Shown in pieces: positions 53,133-64,000 of a stretch of DNA of 64,000 nt; position 1 is the first letter of the stretch; each line of letters opens with the position of its first letter. The stretch spans positions 1,240,001-1,304,000 of the forward strand of contig JBLDXI010000019.1 of assembly GCA_047495785.1 (NCBI GenBank), given 5' to 3'. Origin of the DNA: Lepidodermella squamata. Taxonomy: Eukaryota; Animalia; Gastrotricha. A program made the position numbers and the translations under genes. A model generated the notes under the pieces. It saw only the letters and a program-made list of their open reading frames with translations, was not told the origin of the DNA and searched no databases.

Positions 53133-53451
53133 CTGTTAACAACTAAAAACATAAATGCATTTCAGACAGGTTATTGTTGAAAAGTGCTTCAGCAGCAGAA
53201 AACAAGTTCAGTTGCAAGGATAGATGTTGAGACATATAAATACGCGCAAAAAGTCGTGGTCTTTGATTTCCTGATATCTGATCTCTGACCAATTCTCTCA
53301 AAGCTAACGGTTATCACGCACTGACTTTCAATTTAGATTGAGATTGAAGCCGGAAGTCAAATGGATTTATTACCGGGTGGTCGAACCAGCTCCGGTCCGG
53401 TTCACCATTCTGCCGAATTATCAGCATACATGCATCCCGCATATAGAAGCC

Positions 53452-53464
53452 ATTGCCTAGCAAC
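53452..53464. promoter_or_regulatory. RFX X-box-like motif in the AK9/FAM214 divergent promoter
   Basis: ATTGCCTAGCAAC, one mismatch from GTTGCCTAGCAAC, about 320 nt upstream of the AK9 ATG. Confidence 0.5.
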
Positions 53465-53798
53465 TTTTAAAAATAAAAATGCTAAAATTGCTTTACTTAA
53501 TTTATTTTAAAATAATTTTATATAAATAATACTTTTACTGTGAAAAATTGGCGCTATATTCTTTGTCTTGGCCGCGCAATTGCTCCAGGTTGATCGAGTG
53601 CATAGTGAAACCTGTTTGGCAGTTATGAGTGCACTGCCAACTGTTATCCAAGCGTATAGCCTAGATATAACTGAACTATGGTTCTCTTATTTTTATAATC
53701 CAAGCCTTGATTCATGATTTTTTGTCCTTTAGTCATTTAACTTTGGTGTGATTTGAAGGCGGGCGCAGGCTATCGACGATGGCCCCCATTTGACGGGA

Positions 53799-56398
53799 AT
53801 GCAAGCATCATGGGCGTCTTCGTTAGACGTCGTGAAGAGCGTCATACACAAAGTCACTCGATCAAGAGGGCAACATCGCGTTAACAATGCTCCACTATCG
53901 GTAGTGTTTCACATTTTCCGCCATACGATCTATTTTTTGCTCCCTTTTCCTTAGCTCCAAGCACAAGAGCACATTGCATCTCTGTGCCACAAAAGAGTTC
54001 CCGTTTGCCTCGATGTCTTCATTTCATGTGGTTGCCGCGCTGCTTCATATGAAATGTTTCACATATCGCCGCATAAAACGGATCAAGATGTTGTAAAGAA
54101 GGATGCCGAAAGTTTTCACGCGGAGAGATGGACTTGCACATTTACAAATCGAAGGTACTTTGTGTTCAATTATACATTATATTACCTATGTGTGGCATAT
54201 TTGTCGTTCAAGATTGGTCGATAACAGCACGAACAACTTTGACCTATTGTCAGTTATTGGAGAATCTATTCAGCGGTCTCAATTTTCATCTTGGCTGCAG
54301 TCGCGTCGAGGAAAGCAAAGCTATCATCTTCACTACCGGTAAGCATTACATATTATTATCATGGTCATTTGTCATTTATATAAATGTTTTCATATTAAAG
54401 TCTTGGGGCTCCTGATGAAGTATCAGACATGTCGACTACGGATGTCTCATTCGCTCAGGTCTTTCCTGTTGTTCATATTGATAGAACTTCGTGTCTTCAA
54501 ATTGCAATGGCCTCATTCTTTGACCCGAATTCACAGACTATCGCGTGAGTTGAGGCTTCTTTATGCTGAAATTGTTTTATATAAAGCAATCTTCTTAGAT
54601 GTAAGATGTGCAGTTTCTCTTTTGAGATCGAGCAGTTGCCTGTTCTTCATGATCATTATGAAGCTATTCACGATTCAGATCAGCATGAACTAATGCAAGG
54701 AATTAGTCCTCTTGAACATGAGGAGCCGTCACTCAGAACTAATCCGCTTGATTTTACTGCTGCGGCCATTATTAATGGAGCCTCTCGCAGCAGCAATAGC
54801 AGTAGTAGGTCAGAGTCACCAGCGATACCAGCCTATCCTTATTCACCTTTTGCCTTACCAATCATCCGAGATGGCTACTCTCAGCGGCGGCAAACACCTT
54901 TGCATGGTCATAAAGACTCAGCTATTCAGCTGAGACAACTGAATGAAGCCGAGATGAATTCATTTTTATCTGAAATGCGAGACTTTGATGATTCTCAAAT
55001 CGTTTTCATGCCAAGTCCGGTAACGCGGGGAAATGTTCTTTCAAATAACAAAACGGTGCATGAACCAGAGGTACGTATTGTGATCCCTAATGAACGCCTC
55101 GCCTAATAATAATTATTTTTGTGTAGAAAAAACTGCCCGATGCAAAAATAAACGCTCGCGAATCAACTTCCAAAGAGGTTCAGTGGGTCAGCGAAGTCCC
55201 GGTGCGAAGTCGCTGCCTTCCAATAAATCTTTCTCAGCATTCGACTGCCAACGAATCCAACAACTCCACTGGACGCTCTTCGGCTAACGCGCTTTCGTCG
55301 GCCAGATATTTCAATCCGGCCACTGGCTTACCTCTACACAGTAGTCCTGCCCCCCTGAAACGGGGTGGTGCTAGACATTTCAATTTTGATCCTCAACTTG
55401 ATTGTCCTAGAAGAATCAAATCAAGTGTTTCTAACACTGAATTTATAATCAATCGATCTGGAAAAGCTTCTGCAACATCAACCCCATCGTCACCTTTACT
55501 TGGTTCCTTCGAGGAGTCGCTTTTAAACGGTCGTATCATGCCGATTGGAGTAGTTGATGGATTTAAAGCTGAAGTTGCTGCTAGTGGAGCTTTTTGTGCT
55601 CCACACATCACCTTTCCAGTATCTGCTTATTTCTTTCAATTGGATGAGGCCGCGCATCCTTGGTCATCACCATATCTTGGTATTTTAAACCTTCGAAAGC
55701 TTGACGCGGGAAGTAATAAAGCACGGCGCTATTACATACCACCCAAAGGCACAGTTCAGGTAAGTATTGTTACATTTAATCTAGGATATTCTGACTGCCC
55801 TATTTGCCAGGTTACTTTGTTTAACCCGAATCGCACCGTTGTTAAGGTAGCTTGAAGCTGTTTTTAATGCGGCAAATTATAACTTATGTGTGTACAGATG
55901 TTCGTTGTCCTGTATGATTTGAGCGATATGCCGCCGAGTTGCACAAGCTTTATACGGCAAAGAACATTGTATATGCCCGTAAGCGGTCAAAGCAATTACT
56001 CGTCGGAGCAAATGTGCGCTGCGCCAAGCAACAGCGGTTAGTCAGTTTTATTCTTAACTCGATGCTATTTACATGTTTAAAGCTTGCGAGAGATGCAAAT
56101 TACGACATAATTATTAAAAGATAATTGAGTTGTCATTATAACTTATGATTTTGTTCCACTAACAGGGCCTGCGTCAAATTCAGCAGAACGGCTTGATAAC
56201 AGGCGAAGTCAATCGTACTTGCGTTATTTGATTCATCTTCGAGTTGCTACGTCTAGCCGTGGTCGGCTGTTTCTGCACTCAGACGCCAGATTGATTTTTG
56301 CATCGGATAGGTTCGAATTCGACTCCCGAGTAGCCGCTTACGAGATGCGCTCTTTTACGGAGGTACCATGCAATCCTAAATTTTCTCCGCGAAAATGA
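53799..56398 (+). CDS. FAM214A: FAM214/ATOS family protein (DUF4210 plus C-terminal domain), multi-exon; start approximate
   Basis: SQFSSWL, TGLPLHSSPAP, LLGSFEESLLNGR, GFKAEVAASGAFCAPH, QVTLFNPNRTVVKMFVVLYDLSDMP, LRYLIHLR, PCNPKFSPRK*. Confidence 0.88.
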
Positions 56399-58214
56399 GG
56401 GACGAATTGAACTAATTTATATAAATATCTCTGTATTTTCACTTGTTTATATTGGGTTGTTGGTATCACGAGTAATATATGAGTTGGTCCTTATCTTCAT
56501 GCGTGTTACTGGTCCGTCTTGTGGCCCAGATTCCATGTTCTGAAGTGTTTAATTTCTCTTACCATGTTTCTACGTCTTTCTGCTAATTGTTGATTTCACT
56601 CGCTGCGTACGAAATGAGATACCACAAGAAAGCACTGGTAATTCTTTTCCAATTGGCTATCAAAATGATCCGCACGAGGCATTATTGTCTGAGCCGTAAA
56701 ATTGCAAGCTCCTAATGGACCATCAAAGAGGATAGCCTGAGATTGGCTCGAAATATCTCTAGTAGTCAGAAGAAAGAACCTTGAAAACTTCATCTCCATC
56801 ATCTGGTTGCCCTGTAACCCTTGTGCATTTTTAGCAACTTCATTTTTCCTCACGGTCAAGTGAAATTTTGAAAAATTTGATAGCTGCTTCTCAAAACATT
56901 ATTTTCTATCGCTTTTCACACGAATGTATTATATATCATAAAAAAAATATATCAATATGTATGCTAAATAAATAACTATAATGTCAGAGCTGAACAGAAG
57001 ATGGCAAAGTTTTGAGCTGTTGTTGATATGAGTGAAATTTCATTTGTTCATTGCGCCTATCTTTTCACCTCGATGATTGTTCCATCTCAGCGCAGTCTGC
57101 TATCAGTTGACTAGTGCTTGAATGATAGGCGGAAGGACCATTTTGAACAAGTCACCGAGAAAATGCCTTTTCGTTTCCAATTGAAGTATTTTGCCGAAAG
57201 CTTCTGCTATTTAGAGTTTGCCGTGTGCTTAATACTTATCAATGGATAATAAAGGCAGCATTGTTGACGTGATTTTCCGATTTAAATTAGCGTGTAACCC
57301 ATGGTCACAATGGCCATATGAATTTGTCGAGTAAGCATCCTTTATTGGTAACGAAGAGAAGTGAATCCAAAGTTCGAATTTGTTATAAAATGATTCCTCT
57401 CAGCTCTAAATATTTATTCATACCTAGCTAACATTGTCAAAGTTATTAGACAGGTAGAAACATGTTTTATTGAAAAACAAACTGAGACAGATAGAATCAA
57501 ACTGTTTGCCCTACGGCACACAATATTTGAGAACTCTAAGAGCTATATTATAGATACACATAGTTGTTTTCATAATTCATAATTCTAACCTACTCGCAAC
57601 TGAAAATCCTGCGTAGCACGGATGGCAGCTGGTTAGAAAGTTGCGCGGACAAATGTTGCAGTCATAGCATCAAATAGCCACCATTCGATTTCGAACTGTT
57701 ATTGCTGGACATGAAAGTTGACCGAAACAATAGAGGGGCATATTAAACGTGTAAATCGATCGGTTGCATTATGCCACTTGCGCATAGCAATTTGAAATAG
57801 CGCACAAAATGTACAACAACAGGAAGTGTTAGGTACCTCTTCGTTTGTTCCTCGTCACCGATTCAATCGGCAAGACGTCAGCAGTCAGAAAATAATAAGA
57901 AAGTAAAAGCAGATAGCTGATTCCACCGGACATGGCGTAAATCAATGTGAAAATGATAGCAAATAAGCCAGGTCCCACCGCAAATCATAGTATTGACTAT
58001 TGACTAACGGTGCCACTAACGACTCAATGTTATAACCTCGAATCAGCCTTAAGGTTAGAGGTAAAAGCGCCGATGAATGAAACCAGACGACTCAGGCAGG
58101 GCACACTGACTTGGACAGGGAGACTTTAGGCAGGGAGCTGGCAGGGACTCAAACTAATTCTGCTGTCTGCTTGAGCAGAAGTTTGACCTTGTCTATAGGC
58201 TTTTAGCTTTTAAA

Positions 58215-59873
58215 CTACCACCGCGGCAAGGAAATTGGAGCGACGAGGTGCAAATTCAGGTAATAGCTAGCACAATCGCAGTCAGCAAATCGGAAATAGC
58301 TCAAAGACTGAAGCAGCTGAAACCAGGAAAGTCACCGGGACCGAGCGGAATCGGCACGAAGCCACTGAAAATGTTGGCCGACTGGATTTCAGAACCACTC
58401 GCACTCTTGTGGAAGAAAATGCATTCTGAAGGTACCTGGCCATCAGTCTTTAAGGTCGTTAACGTATGTCCAATTTTCAAGAAGAAGTCTAAATCGAACA
58501 AGGCCAACTATCGACCCGTGGGTATGGGTGAACACGTAGGCAAAGTCCTGGAGAGAATACTTGCTGAACTAGTCGTAAAAACCGCGATAGCTAACGGAGT
58601 AATACCTCCAGAACAAGCCGCCTTCCTGTCAGGCTGCGGCACAACCGATACCCAACTGTCCGTGGTAATCGACATCATCTCCGCGATAAACGACAGAAAA
58701 GATTTCATCCTCCGCCAAACTGATGTTAGTGGGGCGTTCGACAGAGTGGACAGATCTCTTCTTCTCGACATTCTTTGGAAATCGGGCATACAGGGACAAG
58801 TTCACGCTATGATCCGATCATTCCTGACAGACAGATACTTCCGTGTCTTGGTGGCCGGGGCGTCGTCGAGCCTTCGATCTGAAGATGCAGGTATCTGCCA
58901 AGGTAGTGCACTGGGGCCATCCCTCTGGCTTGTCTGGTATAGCGGAATCAGCCGATCGGTGTCCAAAATCGTCGACCAGCCCAATTACCACCCACCTGAG
59001 CCGTACACCTTCGCCGATGACTTTAACCTGGGAAGCACGAACCAATCAGATGTCGACATTGGAGAAGAGAAGGCTATGCAGTGGGCGAGAGCTCACAGAG
59101 TCTCGATGGACCCGAAGAAGAGGATAGATACAAGGTTCTCTTATCCACGTTTCAACTGTGGAAGAAGAAGACTGAATGAAGATAGCTCGCTTGAAAGCAC
59201 CAACCCCTCGAAAGCGGAAACGGCCACTACAACGCTACTGGGCCTAGTACTCGACACCGGTCTATCAATGGAGGAATGCATGACCAAGAAGATCGGTCAG
59301 GCCAACAGGGCAATCACGCAGCTCCTAAGACTGAGACCTTACTTATCGACACGCCAGCTCGAAAATGCTTACAAGACCTACGTTCTACCATACCTCGAAT
59401 TCGCCATGGTACCATATACATTCGCGGCGTCGGCTAGCACCTTGGAGAAACTCGATGCAGTTCAAAACAGATTTGTTAAGATGACGGAAGCCAAATTGAC
59501 ACCGCTGGGCCATCGCAGATTCGTCGGGGTCATGACGTATCTCTACAAAACTATGGTAGCAGGTCGGGGGACGAAACAAGTCCGCTCGAAATTTATAAAA
59601 ATCCCGAAGCCGAATACAAGAACGAGGGCAGCGAGCGAGAAACACCACCATCAACTACAGCTCGCAAAATCGTCGAAGAACAGGGTCGACACGGCACCCT
59701 TTCGAAGGATGCAAGAGATCGTCAATCAATGGAACGACCTACCACGCGATACCTTCCCTGACACCGTCAACATCACAATATTTAAAGAAAAGATGAACGT
59801 CCTAGGGCGTCGGCTATAAGCCTACTAATGATAACTGTGTGCGCCTGAATTTTTTCGTAAATAAAAAAAAAAA
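58215..59873 (+). mobile_element. 5'-truncated non-LTR retrotransposon (CR1/L2/Jockey-group LINE) with uninterrupted RT ORF and poly(A) tail
   Basis: KSPGPSGI, PIFKK..NYRPV, DVSGAFDRVD, GICQGSALGP, FADD, YKTYVLPYLEF, WNDLP. No endonuclease domain. Stop at 59819, A-tract 59863-59873. Confidence 0.93.
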
Positions 59874-60339
59874 CAGTGTGGTCCAAACGTGGACTCCGGA
59901 GCCTTTTGGACTCTTTTCGACTTTTTGTAGGCTCCGGAACGTTTTTTGGTTTTTTCGAGGTTGGACTCCAAATGGGCTCCGAACGTGGACTTCGCCAGGC
60001 TCCATCGGACTCCCTCGCCTGAAAATGGTCACCAAGTAGAGGTTGCCCATGAATCCTCGAATTTTTAATGCATTTTAAGCCTATTTTCGGCTTGAAAATG
60101 CTCAAAAAGGCGTTAGCTAAAGCTCGCTTCGCTCGCGAGTCGACATTATTGAGTTGTTCTTTCAGGCCGCATATTTTTTTGAACCCAAGAATAAAAGTAT
60201 ATCAGCCCCCTCCCTCCCCCCCATCTCCCCCAAAAAAGCACATCCCCATTAAAATTATGCTGAATACCCTGTGTGGACTCCCCCGGCGTTTTTGGGCTCC
60301 GTCTGCGGACTCCAAACTTTTTGGGCTTGGACCACACTG
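59874..60339. mobile_element. hAT-like MITE (466 bp)
   Basis: Perfect 13-bp TIRs CAGTGTGGTCCAA (59874-59886) / TTGGACCACACTG (60327-60339); repeated subterminal GGACTCC/GGCTCC motifs; 8-bp TSD CTTTTAAA (60340-60347, partner at 58207-58214). Confidence 0.85.
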
Positions 60340-61621
60340 CTTTTAAAGATGTTGCCAACGGTCGAAGCAGGTTCCAACTCACATCTGACTCAACTGACAG
60401 CTGATGGCGGATGGCAGACTTCATTTCCCGCGGCTCCAATTTTTTGCTGCAGCAAATTAGACCACAAATGTAAAATGAAACTTGTAAAAACTTTATTTGC
60501 AGAATAATTTGTTGTCAAAATTGAGGGAAAATTTCTTTCACAATTTCTTTCACACAAAATAAAAAAAATGTCCTGAAAAACTTCCTTGTTCCAAAATGTT
60601 TGTTGGCCCCAGGATTTCGTGGGCGCAACGATGGACGACTTAGCTTTGCAAGTTCCAAGAACCAAATCGTGAAGAATTCCTCGTGTCATGGACTTTCTTT
60701 GTCTTTATCTCCTCTCTGGAGCGGCTGTTCGCCGCTTTTTATTCGCGGTCCGATTTTGTTTGCGCTATTTAGCGGACTTCTATCACTTTGATTTAAAATC
60801 TCACGGTCTAAAACCATGGTATTTATTACCTATTCCCATTAAATAAGTCAATTTTAAGATCGTTTCCAAACCGACAGCCAAAGCTCGCATCGCACTCACG
60901 TGGCAGATTTCATTACAGATGTCACTACGCTTAAGAAAAAGACCGAAGGCCGAAATGGCACCCGTGAAAACCATCACTTGTGATGAACAGGCTGCTCTGT
61001 CATCTCTACCCTTAGCCCATGAATATAATCAGAAATGCTGATTGGTGATAGGGCTCTAAATCCACCCTATCATAAGGTCGGTGAGGAATTTCCATTTTTC
61101 AGGGTTAGTCGCAACATTACGTGAATCGTTAGCAAAATTCAGGCTTCAGGCTATCAGTAATGTCACACTAAATTTATATTCGTCCAATAAGATTAACAGG
61201 AAATTTCAGCTTTGCTTCCGGGAAGTCACCAACACACGCTGATTCTACATTCGTGTCAAGAATTTTCAAAAACGTCCTCTCGTCCTTTCCTGGCGACTGG
61301 TAACAACCGAATCAGTGACACTTCGTTATTTCTTTCGTTTGCGTATGTAAGATATTGTGCATTCTTTTTGCCACAATCCTGGCCACATGACACCCTGAAA
61401 TCTCAATCAATTAGGTTCGGGTGAATGAAAACAATTTGTACCTATTCCTAATCATTTTGGCAACATATTATAATGTCCAGGTTTTCATTCAGAATTTTTC
61501 ATTTCCCTCGAGGATGCCTCTGACGGCGGCCAGCATTATAACAAGCGCACAATCTTATTTCTCTCATGATTATTCAAATTGTTTTATTACCGTTAGCATT
61601 ATTTGACACTAGGTTTGCGGT

Positions 61622-62566
61622 ATGGAGGGTGAGAAGATTCGATCAAATTCGAAAACCTATGGCAGTACTCAATCTAAATCAAACACAGATCGAGTTGTTT
61701 ATGTTGAGCATACCGTAACATCAAACGAGACCATAGCTGGAATATCCATAAAATATGACGTGCCGGTAAGTGACGTTAACGTCACGCATTATAATAATCT
61801 CATGAAATTTAATGTTGTACAGATTCACAATATCAGAAGAGCTAATCGTTTACTAACGATGAGCGATACTCTTTATCCTGATATGAAAATATTTATTCCG
61901 ACAAAACTCAATCCAGCAACGCTGACCGTTAACGGTTGGTCTCGATGGAATTTTTTTTCACAAAACCTTATTTCTTTTGTAGAGATGGACGGCGAACCCC
62001 TAGTTGTCGGCGATAGTCACGCCCCTGTCAAAAAGAATCAAAATAGAATGAGCAGTAGTAGTCATGATAATTGCTCAGCATTAGATGATTCCTTCAACCA
62101 GTCGGAGGCTCCGCCTAACTCGTCCGGTGAAGCAGAAGCGATAAAGCGGCAGCAATCTGTCCATGATATTTTTAATAAGATAGATCAAACAGTATCCACA
62201 GTCAAGGGGAACATCTCCACTCTGCAAAAAGACGGGTGAATATTGCGCTCTTAACAGCTTGCTTGACCTGCTCTTTCCAGCTTCTGTGCTTCTCAATGTT
62301 CTTCTTCTAGTGAAGAGTTGTACGGTACGTCTACCTCAAGAGCCAGCGTTTACGCTGAAGACACAGCTTCCATTCGATCTAACGATTCGAGGTCTTCTAG
62401 AAACCTGTCTCCGCGAATGATCAAGGTTTTTTATTGTTTGTTTTATTGTCATATCATTCCAATTGTCATTTTCCAGATCGATCCTCAAAATCGCCGAATA
62501 TCGGGACTGGCACCGACTGCACTTCAGCTTGCCAATGATCACGATAACACCGATTTTCCGTTGTAA
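61622..62566 (+). CDS. LysM-domain protein (LYSMD1/2-like), 5 exons
   Basis: EHTVTSNETIAGISIKYDVP/IHNIRRANRL...IFIP LysM domain; SVHDIFNKIDQTV coiled segment. Confidence 0.8.
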
Positions 62567-63034
62567 ATGTATGCCACATCGATTTTCCGGTGACTCCGAT
62601 ATTAGTGATTGATCCATCTGCGGCGATATGCGAGTTTATATGTTGCGTCCTCGTAATGGCATCACGAAAATGGCTCTTAGATTGGAAAACATGGTTCTAA
62701 TTTTATTGCGCAAATTCCTCTTTGTATCATGACAAATCCTCGTACAATGCATTAGTCTTTGGTATTTTTGTGACGATTAGTGCTCGTTTTTACCTGTGTT
62801 ACTTGTAATCATTGCTGGCAATCAGAATCGCGTTTGTACGAGTAATTTAAATGATGAGAAACGAGAATAAAAATAATTACATGACATGCTCTAATTGTTT
62901 ATTAACTTCGCACTACACAAGCTTAAGCCGATAATTGCAATTATATCAACCAAATTGAGTGACAGGTGAAAACGAGATAAAATAACTCTAGTCGTCGAGC
63001 GACTGGCTGCTAGAGTCAATTTTGACGAACCATT

Positions 63035-64000
63035 TTATTCTGGTAATAATTCGTCAGTGTCTACGTTACCGAAGTCGTCGTCTGCTTGTTGCCCCCGTCT
63101 AACAGCAGCCGTTCTCGGTCTTTCTGGACCCAAAGGATCATTATAGGTCATGTTCTCCAGATTCGGAGGCGGTCTAGCCTGCGGTCTGTTGGCTGGATTG
63201 CCGCTGCTATCATCTGTAACAACAAACAAATCGAAAAGTAAGCAAGATCCACAGAGTTTTCCATCCGATACAGCAACAAGACACTCAACGGAAAATAGGA
63301 TAACATATCAAGTTAAGCAAAACAGTGGCACAATTTTCTAACCGTTGGCCAATGAGGATCCCCCATACATTGGTGGCTTAGTGCCATCATTAGATGGCTG
63401 ACGAGTCACGATTTTTTTAATATTCGAAGAGCTGGGAGGTGATACTTAACATACGTTGGCTTATCTGTCTATCTGAAATGCTTCAATAACAACATACCTT
63501 GCCCACTGCTCGAATGTCCACTTCCCTTGCGGCCAGCGCTCTCGGCACGCTACAAAAACAATGTCATTGCAGCATAATTGAATATTTGTTGCGATGCAAA
63601 CCTGATCTCGTAATTGCTTTGTTTTCTCGACTCGTTTCAAGCGGTTTGCGTATTCTTGGGCATCGCCTAATCCCATATCGGCGCATAATCGTACGAGAAA
63701 TTTCAAACATTCGGTGTCCTCGGGGAATTTCTTGTGAATATTTTTGTAAGTCTCCAACGCCTGTTGATAATTTCCGGATCGTCGATAGCAGCTTGCAACC
63801 ATCAACTGCCATTTTACTTGTTGCGGTCTAAATGATAATGACAACAACAATGTTGCAGTGTTATTGAGTAATGTAATATTATTCTTACTGCACTACTGAT
63901 GCTCGCTCGAAATATTTGATCGCTTTATCGCAAAACTGGGTGTCAATGTAATACGCGCCAAGCCATTCAATGACTTCGATATTAGAGGGATAATAGCGGT
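63035..64000 (-). CDS. IFT88: Intraflagellar transport protein 88, 3' part only
   Basis: IEVIEWLGAYYIDTQF, VKWQLMVASCYRRSGNYQQALETYK, ECLKFLVRL, YNDPLGPERPRTA, DDFGN..DELLPE*. Confidence 0.96.

Noticed and set aside
59888-60315. Recurring GGACTCC motifs as a CRISPR-like or satellite array
   Set aside because: Short, irregularly spaced and enclosed by TIRs; better explained as MITE subterminal repeats.
61046-61072. Hairpin TGATAGGG...CCCTATCA (tetO-like or Helitron-like end)
   Set aside because: Only an 8-bp stem, no CTRR terminus and no supporting context; compatible with chance.
1-64000. Prokaryotic features (CRISPR arrays, defence operons), tRNA, rRNA and SL RNA genes
   Set aside because: The sequence is intron-containing animal DNA. 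By eye I found no repeat-spacer array, tRNA cloverleaf or convincing SL RNA (leader plus Sm site); an Infernal scan is needed to exclude them.

Overview
Compact animal genomic DNA, not prokaryotic: GT-AG introns of about 50-65 nt, short intergenic gaps, and ciliary genes (AK9, TEX9, IFT88). About 22 protein-coding genes can be assembled across introns: MYPT1/PPP1R12 (partial), SF3A1, a TAB2-like NZF protein, a TAF1A-like protein, SLC44/CTL, CDK8, DENND5, a divergent IST1 paralog plus IST1, ADAT2, TEX9, ATP synthase subunit b, an ankyrin protein, an RGK-like GTPase, SEC63, a PLPP, an R-Ras-like GTPase, AK9, FAM214/ATOS, a LysM protein, IFT88 (partial), and a small secreted peptide gene. Highlights: (1) a 4-exon gene missed by the ORF track encodes a 96-aa secreted prepro-peptide with a C-C-CC-C-C knottin (ICK) framework, a furin site and an amidation Gly; (2) nine co-oriented genes (6.1-23.9 kb) have gaps as short as 95 nt and unpaired splice acceptors just before their ATGs, suggesting SL trans-spliced operons; (3) a LINE is inserted between the 8-bp TSD and the left TIR of a hAT-like MITE; (4) a Merlin-like MITE has a perfect 8-bp TSD. 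All gene names come from recalled motifs, not from database searches.
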